A stretch of DNA of 61,832 bases from sequence record SRR20825019_1354, one strand, 5' to 3'. The translations under genes were made by a program, and so were the position numbers. Positions 9,305 through 18,232 of this stretch are shown one piece after another; the stretch's first letter is position 1; every line of letters starts with the position of its first letter. The notes beneath the pieces are model-generated. The model had not been told where the DNA came from and did no database searches. It worked only from the letters and a program-made list of their open reading frames with translations.

Positions 9305-10266
9305 CAGATAAAGCCCTTCTCAGCGCCATATATCTTCGCGATGGTGCAGACACCGGCAGGCACGCCCAGAAAGGCGCGGATGATATTGATGAACCGATCT
9401 GGCTGCATTTCAACGTGGCCGGGCCAGACGCAAAGGCAGAACTAAAAAAGGCCGCCCCCTATATTGATGAGGCGATGATTGATGCGCTATGCGCGACCGA
9501 CACCCGTCCCCGGGTTGAAGAGTTTGAACATGAATATCTGGTGATTTTGCGCGGTGTGAACCTTAACCCGGATGAAGACCCGGAAGATATGGTTTCCCTG
9601 CGCATCTGGAGCGACGGCAGCCATGTGATCAGCGCTCAACGGCGCTCGGTTTATGCTGCACGAAAGCTTGCAGCCAAGCTGGAGGCGTCAGAAACACCGG
9701 CGAGCTCATCGGAAGTGATTGTGGGCCTCACCGTCAATATCATTGAAAACATGGCGACCCCCATCGCGGATTTGATGGAAGAGATTGACGAGCTGGAGCT
9801 TGAAATGATTGATGGCGGCAAGCCGGAGCACCGCCTCAAGCTGGCTGACCTCAGGCACAAGGTCTTGTTGCTGAGACGCTATTTTAACCCGCTCCGCGCT
9901 GCGGTTGGCCTTCTCAAGGACCTCGCCACCACTTGGCTTGGGGAGAAATACACCAGACGGCTACGGAACGCACACGACGACCTGACCCGGCACCTTGAGG
10001 ACCTGGATGCCGCTCGTGACCGCCTGCAATTTCAACAGGAAGAGCTGGTCACCGTGCTGTCTGACAGGCTCAACCGCAATATGTATACGCTGTCTATCGT
10101 GGCGGCGATTTTCCTGCCGCTTGGTTTCCTCACCGGCCTGTTTGGTATCAATGTTGGCGGCATGCCGGGGGTTGAAAGCGACATCGCCTTCTGGATTGTG
10201 ACTGGGGGCTGCACAGCCATCGCGGGTGCGCTGGCGCTCTTCTTCCGGCGGAGCGGCTGGTTCTAG
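9301..10266 (+). CDS. zntB: CorA-family zinc transporter ZntB
   Basis: LRGVNLNP..PEDMVSLR; FLPLGFLTGLFGINVGGMPG (GIN variant typical of ZntB). Confidence 0.85.
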   Translation: MTDKALLSAIYLRDGADTGRHAQKGADDIDEPIWLHFNVAGPDAKAELKKAAPYIDEAMIDALCATDTRPRVEEFEHEYLVILRGVNLNPDEDPEDMVSLRIWSDGSHVISAQRRSVYAARKLAAKLEASETPASSSEVIVGLTVNIIENMATPIADLMEEIDELELEMIDGGKPEHRLKLADLRHKVLLLRRYFNPLRAAVGLLKDLATTWLGEKYTRRLRNAHDDLTRHLEDLDAARDRLQFQQEELVTVLSDRLNRNMYTLSIVAAIFLPLGFLTGLFGINVGGMPGVESDIAFWIVTGGCTAIAGALALFFRRSGWF

Positions 10267-11526
10267 TCAGGCGCCAAGAACGTCGCGAATAGCGCCAGTG
10301 AGGGTGCCAAGATCATCCTCACTGATGGTAAGCGGCGGCGTCAGATAAACAATGTCGCGGAAGGGGCGTATCCACACCCCGCGCTCAACAAACTTGGGCT
10401 TCAATGCCTCAAGCCCGGATGCATCATGAAGCTGCACCACGCCAATGGCGCCTTTTACGCGCACGCTTTTCACGTTTGGCGCAAAACCGCAGGGTGCCAA
10501 GTCGGCCATCAACTGTCCTTCAATGGCATGCGCCTTTGCGGCATAGTCTTCTCGTTCGAACAGATCGAGCGACGCGTTGGCAGCTGCACAGCCAAGCGCA
10601 TGGCCCATATAGGTCGGGCCGTGCATCAGGGCTTTCATAGGGTCGTCGTCATAGAAGGCATCAAACACACCCTCGCGCGCCACACACACCGAAAGCGGCG
10701 AAACCCCGCCTGACAGCGCCTTGGAGAGTGTGACCATATCCGGCACAATACCGGCCTGTTCAATCGCGAACCGTGTGCCGGTGCGGTAAAAGCCAGTGAA
10801 AATCTCATCCACAATCAGCAACACACCTGCCGCGTCGCATGCCTCACGCAACCACTTCAGGGTCTCTGGCTGGTGGAACACCATGCCGCCAGCACCCTGC
10901 ACTAATGGCTCCGTAACTACCGCCGCAACATCAGATGCATGTTTCTTAAGGAAATCAGCAAACAGTGAAGCTTCTTCCGGTGTGCGCGGCAGGTCGGCAA
11001 GCAGGTTTCTCGCCAGCACATCACCAAAAAGACCGTGCATACCTTCTTCCGGGTCGCATACCGCCATGGTGCCGAGCGTATCCCCGTGGTAGGTGCCACG
11101 GAAATGCACGAACTTCGTACGCTTTTCCCCGCGGTTGAAATAATACTGCAGCGCCATTTTCATCGCGACTTCAACGGAGACCGAGCCTGATTCCGCAATG
11201 AACGCGCGGTTCAGGTCACCCGGCAACATTGCCGCCAGGCGCTTGGCAAGCTTCAGCGCAGGCTCGTTTACCATACCGCCAAACATGGCATGCGGCATGG
11301 CTTCAAGCTGCTGCTTCATGGCATCGAGAATATGCGGGTGATTGTAGCCGTGAGCCGCAGCCCACCAGCTTGAGATGCCGTCAATAAGCTCACGCCCGTC
11401 AGCAAGCGTGATGCGAACACCGTTTGTGGAGGCCACAGGCAACGGCGGTACAGCCGTTTTCATCTGGGTATAGGGCAGCCAGATATGGCCTATGCCCTCA
11501 TCATACCAATTTGGTGTCTCTGGCAT
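10267..11526 (-). CDS. bioA: Adenosylmethionine-8-amino-7-oxononanoate aminotransferase
   Basis: HIWLPYTQM, DGISSWW, YHGDT, DEIFTG and MHGPTYMG. Confidence 0.96.
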   Translation of the reverse strand: MPETPNWYDEGIGHIWLPYTQMKTAVPPLPVASTNGVRITLADGRELIDGISSWWAAAHGYNHPHILDAMKQQLEAMPHAMFGGMVNEPALKLAKRLAAMLPGDLNRAFIAESGSVSVEVAMKMALQYYFNRGEKRTKFVHFRGTYHGDTLGTMAVCDPEEGMHGLFGDVLARNLLADLPRTPEEASLFADFLKKHASDVAAVVTEPLVQGAGGMVFHQPETLKWLREACDAAGVLLIVDEIFTGFYRTGTRFAIEQAGIVPDMVTLSKALSGGVSPLSVCVAREGVFDAFYDDDPMKALMHGPTYMGHALGCAAANASLDLFEREDYAAKAHAIEGQLMADLAPCGFAPNVKSVRVKGAIGVVQLHDASGLEALKPKFVERGVWIRPFRDIVYLTPPLTISEDDLGTLTGAIRDVLGA

Positions 11527-11527
11527 A

Positions 11528-12508
11528 TCAGGCGGGGCTGAGGCCCAGCTTGGAGAAGAGAGCCATGTCTTTGTTGTTTTCAGGGTTTGGCGTGGTCAGA
11601 AGCTGCTCACCGTAAAAGATGCTGCTGGCGCCCGCGAGGAAACAGAACGCCTGAGTTTCCTCAGACATTTCCTGCCGGCCAGCGGAGAGGCGCACTTCAG
11701 CCTTCGGCATCATGATACGTGCGACTGCAATGGTGCGGACAAATTCAAACGGGTCAAGCTTTTCAACGTGCTCAAGCGGTGTGCCCGGCACGGCCACCAG
11801 CATATTGATCGGAACACTGTCCGGGTGTTCATCAAGATTCGCGAGTGTCATCAGCATTCCTGCACGGTCTTCAGGTTTTTCACCCATACCAACGATACCG
11901 CCAGAGCATACATTGATGCCTGCGTCGCGCACCCGATTCAATGTGTCGATCCGCTCCTGATAGCTGCGCGTGGTGATGATCTCTTTATAGTATTCTTCAG
12001 AGGTATCCACATTGTGGTTATAATAGTCGAGGCCAGCGTCCTTGAGCTGTTTGGTCTGGCAGTCATCCAGCATACCAAGGGTCATGCAGGTTTGCATGCC
12101 AAGCGCTTTCACGCCTTCCACCATGGCAAGGATGCTGTCCATATCCCGGTCTTTCGGGCTGGTCCATGCAGCGCCCATGCAGTAACGCGATGCGCCGCCT
12201 TCCTTGGCCCGCTTTGCGGCGTCAATCACGCGCTCAACTTCCATCAGCTTGGTCGCTGTCAGGCCGGTTGTTTTGGCGTGCTTCGCAGACTGGGAACAAT
12301 AGCCACAGTCTTCTGCGCACCCGCCGGTCTTGATCGAGATCAGTTGGCTGAGTTGTACCTTGTTGGGGTCGTGATACAGGCGGTGAACGCGTTGTGCTTC
12401 GAACACAAGGTCCATGAACGGCATGGCAAACAACGCCATGATCTCATCCCGGCTCCAGTCGTGACGGATGGGAGCATCTTTTGGCGTGATGGCGACAGGT
12501 GCGTTCAT
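11528..12508 (-). CDS. bioB: Biotin synthase (radical SAM)
   Basis: [15 protein letters not shown] and VRLSAGR. Confidence 0.97.
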   Translation of the reverse strand: MNAPVAITPKDAPIRHDWSRDEIMALFAMPFMDLVFEAQRVHRLYHDPNKVQLSQLISIKTGGCAEDCGYCSQSAKHAKTTGLTATKLMEVERVIDAAKRAKEGGASRYCMGAAWTSPKDRDMDSILAMVEGVKALGMQTCMTLGMLDDCQTKQLKDAGLDYYNHNVDTSEEYYKEIITTRSYQERIDTLNRVRDAGINVCSGGIVGMGEKPEDRAGMLMTLANLDEHPDSVPINMLVAVPGTPLEHVEKLDPFEFVRTIAVARIMMPKAEVRLSAGRQEMSEETQAFCFLAGASSIFYGEQLLTTPNPENNKDMALFSKLGLSPA

Positions 12509-12638
12509 GAAAAACTCCTTGGGGCTATTTGCCCCGGAAAATCGCGGCTGCGCGGGGTCAAGTCAAGTAAAATTACCTAACCGCAAGAGTGTGCATGCTT
12601 GCTTGACGGCTGGCTCACAAGCGCCTAAGCCAGCATCC

Positions 12639-13823
12639 ATGACCAGATTTGACCATAACGGCTCAAGCCTTAACGCGTTTGCGCAAAACAAACTGGCGCA
12701 GCTGGAAGCCAAAAACCAGCGCAGGCGCCTTGTTGAAAGCAGCCGTGCGGGCGCCATGAGCATGCACGTGGACGGCGGGCCGGAGCTTATCAGCTTTACC
12801 GACAATGACTATCTGGGCCTTTCCACGCACCCGAGCGTGATCGCGGCCGCACAAGCCGCAACAGCTGAGTTTGGTGCAGGAGCGGGCGCGAGCCGCCTGG
12901 TGACCGGCAACCACCCGCTATACAGCAAACTCGAGCAAACACTCGCACGCATCAAAGGCACGGAAGATGCTGTTGTTTACGGTTCCGGCTATCTTGCGAA
13001 CGTGGGCATTATCCCGACAATCATCGGCAAGAATGATCTGATTATCGCGGATGAGCTTATCCACACCAGCATCCACGGTGGTATTCAGCTCTCCAGAGCA
13101 ACCATCCGGTTTTGCCGCCACAATGATGTGGCGCACATATCCGAGATACTTGAAGCTGAGCGAGCCAATTTTGGCCGCGCCCTTATTGTGGTGGACGGTG
13201 TGTATTCAATGGATGGCGACATCGCACCGCTTAAGGAATTGGGCGAGCTTGCGAAGGTGTACGACGCCTGGCTTATGAACGATGACGCCCACGCGCTTGG
13301 CACCATCGGTGGAGGGCGTGGCAGCCTGCATGAGACCGGCGCGCACGGCCTTGTGCCATTGCAGATGGGCACGCTTTCCAAAGCCGCAGGGGCTTACGGC
13401 GGCTATCTGGCTGCATCAAAATCAGTGTGTGATTTGATGCGCACCCGCTCCCGCTCTTTTATCTATACCACCGGACTTCCGCCCGCCGCTGTTGGCGCGG
13501 CACTCAAGGCCCTGGAGCTGATAGAAGCAGACCCAAACCTTGTGGCGCGCCCAACCAAGCTTGCCCAGCACTTCGCAAAAGAGCTTGGCCTCAATAAGCC
13601 CGTCACACCAATTGTACCGCTTGTTATTGGCAGTGAAGCTGACGCCCTTAAAGCCTCGGCAGACCTTGCCGATCTAGGCTTCAAGGTCATAGCCTTTCGC
13701 CCACCAACCGTGCCCGAAGGCACATCCCGTCTCCGCTTCTGTTTTTCTGCAAGTCACCGGGATCATGACGTTGAACGGCTTATTGCCGCATGCAAAAAAC
13801 TAAGGCTGGGAGGTGTAGCGTGA
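12639..13823 (+). CDS. bioF: 8-amino-7-oxononanoate synthase
   Basis: NDYLGL, GAGASRLVTG, YSMDGD, DDAHA, GTLSKA and RPPTVP; start moved to ATG 12639 to avoid overlap with bioB. Confidence 0.95.
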   Translation: MTRFDHNGSSLNAFAQNKLAQLEAKNQRRRLVESSRAGAMSMHVDGGPELISFTDNDYLGLSTHPSVIAAAQAATAEFGAGAGASRLVTGNHPLYSKLEQTLARIKGTEDAVVYGSGYLANVGIIPTIIGKNDLIIADELIHTSIHGGIQLSRATIRFCRHNDVAHISEILEAERANFGRALIVVDGVYSMDGDIAPLKELGELAKVYDAWLMNDDAHALGTIGGGRGSLHETGAHGLVPLQMGTLSKAAGAYGGYLAASKSVCDLMRTRSRSFIYTTGLPPAAVGAALKALELIEADPNLVARPTKLAQHFAKELGLNKPVTPIVPLVIGSEADALKASADLADLGFKVIAFRPPTVPEGTSRLRFCFSASHRDHDVERLIAACKKLRLGGVA

Positions 13824-14491
13824 AGGGGCTTTTCATCACATCAACCGGGACCGAGATTGGCAAAACCCTGGTTACCGCCACCTTGTGCCACCAGTTGAAA
13901 TCAGCAGGCAAACCGGTTGCTGCGATCAAACCCATCATCAGTGGTGTGACAGATAACACCATGGACGGGAGCGACACAGCGCTGATTGCAGCAAGCCTTG
14001 GACTGCCAATGACGTCCAACGTTGTAGAGCGTATTTCACCTTTCCGGTATAAGGCACCGCTCGCGCCCACGATGGCTGCAGTGCTTGAAGGCCGCGCACT
14101 TGATTACGAAGACCTTATCCGCACCTGCCGCATCGCGATGGCTGAAAACCAGTTTACCCTGGTTGAAGGTGTGGGTGGCTCGTTTGTACCTCTTACTGGT
14201 GATCGGTTGGTGGCTGACTGGATCAAAGACCTCGGGCTTGAAAGCCTGCTGGTAGTTGGCAGTTACCTCGGCACCATATCGCACACTATCGCAACGCTTG
14301 AAGCCATGCGCGCTCGCGGGCTTGTTATAAGGGCAATTGTGATCAGTGAAAGCGCAGGCGACAACCCTGACCTCATTAAAACCGCCAATGAAATACGCCA
14401 GCTTACAGGGCTTGAAGTTTCTACTATCCCGCGCCTACCGATTATCCCTGAGCCGTGGACAGTGGCCCCCGATCTTACGCACCTTCTCTAG
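13820..14491 (+). CDS. bioD: Dethiobiotin synthetase
   Basis: FITSTGTEIGKT, VEGVGG and YLGTISHT; GTG start overlaps the bioF stop. Confidence 0.95.
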   Translation: MKGLFITSTGTEIGKTLVTATLCHQLKSAGKPVAAIKPIISGVTDNTMDGSDTALIAASLGLPMTSNVVERISPFRYKAPLAPTMAAVLEGRALDYEDLIRTCRIAMAENQFTLVEGVGGSFVPLTGDRLVADWIKDLGLESLLVVGSYLGTISHTIATLEAMRARGLVIRAIVISESAGDNPDLIKTANEIRQLTGLEVSTIPRLPIIPEPWTVAPDLTHLL

Positions 14492-14639
14492 AAGTCTCTG
14501 TAGGCGGCAAGCCTTACCGAGCATTGACGCCTTCTGCCCGGCATCTTTGTCCGCACCAAATATTCCAGTCGGACCGACCAACCGCACACGAACCCCAAAG
14601 CTATTGAAATGCTTCGCCTCTCCTACGCTGAGTAGAAAC

Positions 14640-14655
14640 TGGCACGCCTGTTGCT
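14640..14655 (+). promoter_or_regulatory. Sigma54 (RpoN) -24/-12 promoter
   Basis: TGGCACG-CCTG-TTGCT, an exact match to TGGCACG-N4-TTGCW, 45 nt upstream of ATG 14701. Confidence 0.85.
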
Positions 14656-14700
14656 CTTAATGCTGGCAAGTTTCACTCGCTACCTTGAGGAAGAAAGATC

Positions 14701-14925
14701 ATGCAACAGTCTTTGCCATTTGACCCAAACTTTTACTTCGGCCTTGTGGCCGACAATCTGCTTAAAAATCTGGGTCCAAAAGCATTGACCTACGCTGACG
14801 AAGCTCTTTCCAAGATGAAAGCAATCGGCGACGAAGAAGGTTTCGACCTCTGGCTTGCGATCCATGAGCAGCTGACCACTAAAGCGGCTGGTTGTTTCCG
14901 CAACGAGACCGCGGTCATCCACTAA
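14701..14925 (+). CDS. Small hypothetical protein (74 aa)
   Basis: GAGGA Shine-Dalgarno, own sigma54 promoter, downstream terminator and amphipathic helical pattern. Confidence 0.75.
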   Translation: MQQSLPFDPNFYFGLVADNLLKNLGPKALTYADEALSKMKAIGDEEGFDLWLAIHEQLTTKAAGCFRNETAVIH

Positions 14926-14940
14926 TTTTGTTTTGAGTTT

Positions 14941-15050
14941 GGACGGGTCATCTCTCAGCACCCGGCACCTAACCGGCCCGTCCTTCGACCGGGATATACC
15001 CAGTCCCGGTCACCAGCCCGCCCCTCACCCAAGGGGCGGGCTTTACTTTG
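14941..15050 (+). ncRNA. Candidate structured 3'UTR / sRNA with three stem-loops, the last acting as terminator
   Basis: CCGG-CACCTAA-CCGG (14962-14976); GACCGGGAT-ATACCCA-GTCCCGGTC (14987-15011); AGCCCGCCCCT-CACCCA-AGGGGCGGGCT (15015-15042) then TTACTTT. Confidence 0.4.
15015..15049 (+). terminator. Rho-independent terminator
   Basis: Perfect 11-bp GC-rich stem followed by a T-rich tail. Confidence 0.8.
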
Positions 15051-15201
15051 CCTGACATGTCATTTGTGCTCAAACATTGGGAAAGTTTCCCACTAATTTG
15101 AGCTGCGCCGAATTTTTCATCTATCTTTCACTTGCTTGAAACTTTCTCACGTGCAGTAATTCAACCTATAAAAAGAACCGATCACCAGTTGGAGACTGTT
15201 A

Positions 15202-15984
15202 GTGAACAGTGTCAGCACGCTCATAGGCCAACTTGAGAATGCCGCGACAAGCCATGATGTTTGGCAATACTTCCTCGATTTCATCGAGGGACGCAGCTTC
15301 AAGTGCGCCACATACGGCTATTCATACGCCCCTATCAACACGGCAATTGAAACTGAAAACGGTAAAGAGACCCATGTGCGTGTTTCTCTGGCGGGCCGTA
15401 CCTGGATCACCAGCATGCCCAAGGAAGGCGTGGAAGAATACCAAAGCCGCCGCTATGAAAAAGTGGACCCTATGATCCACCAGATCGAGAAACGCTCCAT
15501 GCAACCGCTTTATATGGCACGGGAACTTCTCGACCCAAATGACCCCAACTTCAAGGGCTTTGATTTTATTCTGCAGCGCGCCGAACATTACGGTATTTTC
15601 TCCGCTGTCGGCTTTCCACTACGCCATGCTTTTGGACGCGGCCACGGGGAAGTGACCCTGCACGCTGCCCACCGTATCGGCAAGCTGCAGGAGATCATGA
15701 AAATGCACGGTGACGAAGTTCATCTGGCAAGCATCTACATGCACACCTTCTATCAGCCGCTGGAACGGAAGGAACGCGCCGAGCGCCTAGGCATCAAAGG
15801 TCGCCCCCATGAGGTGTTGCAGCAGCTCAATGCAGGCCTCACCAACGGGCAGATTGCCATACGCCTCGGTGTAAGCGCCCCAACCGTATCGTTCCATATC
15901 AAGGAGTTGAAAGAGGCCCTTGCCTGTACATCAACGCGGGAAATACTACCCAGCGCCCTTAAACTCGGCATTCTTGACGACTAG
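15202..15984 (+). CDS. LuxR-family regulator with autoinducer-binding-type domain (LuxR solo)
   Basis: Y-x8-DP motif (EYQSRRYEKVDP) and C-terminal HTH (GLTNGQIAIRLGVSAPTVSFH); no luxI in the window. Confidence 0.8.
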   Translation: MNSVSTLIGQLENAATSHDVWQYFLDFIEGRSFKCATYGYSYAPINTAIETENGKETHVRVSLAGRTWITSMPKEGVEEYQSRRYEKVDPMIHQIEKRSMQPLYMARELLDPNDPNFKGFDFILQRAEHYGIFSAVGFPLRHAFGRGHGEVTLHAAHRIGKLQEIMKMHGDEVHLASIYMHTFYQPLERKERAERLGIKGRPHEVLQQLNAGLTNGQIAIRLGVSAPTVSFHIKELKEALACTSTREILPSALKLGILDD

Positions 15985-16110
15985 TCCCGACCCGCAAACA
16001 AAAAACGCACGCCGCTGTTAACGCGCTATTGAGAAATAGCGCCTAATCTGAAATGTATCTGCGCGCACAGGCATGATTGGGTTGGTTGGAAACCGTCAGG
16101 GCAGTATGTA

Positions 16111-16359
16111 ATGGAACCTTCTGAACACGAGTTTGACGCGACGCTGGACGCCACAGGCCTCGCCTGCCCGATGCCGGTACTGAGGGCAAGACGCACGCTT
16201 GATGACCTTGAAGCTGGCCAGCTGTTGCTCGTGATTGCATCAGACCCCGCATCGATGCACGACATGCCCGCCTTCTGCTCCATGGCGGGGCACACGCTTT
16301 TGATGGCGCATTCGAAAGACGGTAAATTTTACTATGAAATTCGCAAGGGCAAGGCCTGA
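16111..16359 (+). CDS. tusA: TusA/SirA-family sulfur carrier
   Basis: LDATGLACPMPVL (CPxP) and SDPAS..D. Confidence 0.88.
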   Translation: MEPSEHEFDATLDATGLACPMPVLRARRTLDDLEAGQLLLVIASDPASMHDMPAFCSMAGHTLLMAHSKDGKFYYEIRKGKA

Positions 16360-16387
16360 ACATCTGCGATCGTGGGCGATTGATTGC

Positions 16388-17140
16388 TTACTTCTTGCCT
16401 AGCACACCTGCAAGCCAACCAGCCCCCAACGCCACAAACACCGCCATCAGGCCGTATAGAAATGGCATATCGTGCGCAAAACTATAGGCGGCGCGCTCAA
16501 ACCCTTCTTTGTCCACATGCAGGCTGATCCGGTGGCGCGCTTTCATACTGCCCTTCTGGAACACAAATGTTTCAACCAGAAACTCGCCAATCGGTACGTT
16601 TGCAGGCAAATGTATGTCGGTACGAAACAGCCCTTCATCCACCACGCTGACCGTATCAATCTCCTGTCGGTACAGCCCCTCACCTGCCCGCAGGCGAAAC
16701 AGTGCGTCCCTGAACTCAGGCGGCGGGCGCATCAGACCTCGTCCGCTATCCGCCACAAGCGGCAGGTTCTTGAAACCAATGCCGTAGCTTGCAAAAGCAA
16801 TCGGGCTCGCAATTTCTTCAAGCGGCCGCGTGGCAGCAACGGCGTAATAACCCGGCGCTGCCGGGAAGCGGATGTTATCCGCATTGACCCATATACCGCC
16901 GACCCGTTCCTTACGCCGGACGATGGTCGGCGTCTCTGGGCCCCGCACCACAATCACCACATCATATTTGTCATAAAGTGTATTGATCGCCGTGGCGCCA
17001 ACCGCTCCGAACAGGATGAGTTCTGCACCATCAAAGCTATACCGGATTTCAATACGCTTGTTTGAGAGATCTGTGACAATTGCCCGCGCAGGAGCCGTAG
17101 CGGCAATCATCAGCAGCAGTATGCAAAGGAGCCGGCGCAT
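16388..17140 (-). CDS. TIGR02186-family conserved protein (signal peptide, C-terminal TM)
   Basis: FDGAELILFG and VRRKERVGGIWVN motifs; typical partner of the alphaproteobacterial TauE gene. Confidence 0.8.
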   Translation of the reverse strand: MRRLLCILLLMIAATAPARAIVTDLSNKRIEIRYSFDGAELILFGAVGATAINTLYDKYDVVIVVRGPETPTIVRRKERVGGIWVNADNIRFPAAPGYYAVAATRPLEEIASPIAFASYGIGFKNLPLVADSGRGLMRPPPEFRDALFRLRAGEGLYRQEIDTVSVVDEGLFRTDIHLPANVPIGEFLVETFVFQKGSMKARHRISLHVDKEGFERAAYSFAHDMPFLYGLMAVFVALGAGWLAGVLGKK

Positions 17141-18081
17141 CAGTGCTTCTCCCCTAGGTCCGCGGCATCAGTCACGCTATAAAGCTCACTAGGCTCAACA
17201 ACGAGCCCAAGGCCCATTTTCATGCAAACCAGCAGCACCATAAGCCCCAAAAGCGCACGCAACTGCTCGGCCTTGAGTTTAAGCCCGATCGACGCCCCGA
17301 TCTGTGCGCCAATTACCGCGCCTGGCAGAAGGAGGATTGCAAGGAAGATATCCACCGTTTGAGTATTCACGGAATGGAAGATTGTGGTGAGCGCCGTAAC
17401 AAAGATGATCTGAAACAGCGACGTGCCAATCACAACATTCGTGCGCATGCCGAGGATATAGATCATGGCTGGCACCATCACAAAACCACCGCCTACACCC
17501 ATGATCGCAGACAGAAGCCCGACGAACATGCCAATGGTCAGCGGCAAGAGCGCCGAGATATAGAGATGCGATTTACGGAAGCGCATTTTAAAGGGGAGCG
17601 CATGAATCCAGGCTTTATGCCTTTCCTCTCGCGGCTTCCGGGGCGGAACATAGCCGCGGCGCTGCCGGAGAATTGCCCGCAGGCTTTCCCATAACATCAA
17701 GCCACCAACGGAACCGAGGAACACGACATACGCCAGCGAGATCATGAGGTCGACCTGCCCGAGCGAGCGCAGATAAGTAAACACCTGCGCGCCAAAGTAG
17801 GCACCAACCGCGCCGCCCGCAATCAGCACCATGCCCATCTTGATATCTACGCCCTGACGACGCCAATGGGCGAGCGCGCCGGACACGGACGCGGCAGTGA
17901 TCTGGTTGGATTGGGTCGCAACCGCAACGGCAGGTGGCACACCGGCAAAAATTAGAAGCGGGGTCATCAGAAAACCACCACCAACACCAAATACGCCAGA
18001 TAGAAAGCCGACAATCGCACCCATACCGATGACGAGGAAAATATTCATCGAAAGTTCGGCGATGGGTAGGTAAAGCGGCAT
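17140..18081 (-). CDS. TauE/SafE (TSUP) family sulfite exporter-like permease
   Basis: LYLPIAEL start, duplicated GVGGGF motifs and GTSLFQI. Confidence 0.9.
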   Translation of the reverse strand: MPLYLPIAELSMNIFLVIGMGAIVGFLSGVFGVGGGFLMTPLLIFAGVPPAVAVATQSNQITAASVSGALAHWRRQGVDIKMGMVLIAGGAVGAYFGAQVFTYLRSLGQVDLMISLAYVVFLGSVGGLMLWESLRAILRQRRGYVPPRKPREERHKAWIHALPFKMRFRKSHLYISALLPLTIGMFVGLLSAIMGVGGGFVMVPAMIYILGMRTNVVIGTSLFQIIFVTALTTIFHSVNTQTVDIFLAILLLPGAVIGAQIGASIGLKLKAEQLRALLGLMVLLVCMKMGLGLVVEPSELYSVTDAADLGEKH

Positions 18082-18232
18082 ATGTGGACTGATCCCAAAA
18101 GGACAGCAATTGGTTTATAGTTCTGTCCTACCTAAAGTGGCGGCTGAATGCAAACAGATAGCCGCTTTACTCCCAGAAATATGGGGTTTAACGCGCCTTA
18201 CGGGTTCGCTGACCCGCATGGGCTCATTTGTC

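Noticed and set aside
11492-12580. 362-aa ORF antisense to bioB
   Set aside because: Antisense shadow frame with no independent signals.
12468-12638. N-terminal extension of BioF in the ORF track
   Set aside because: Overlaps bioB and the divergent promoter; BioF-like sequence begins near ATG 12639.
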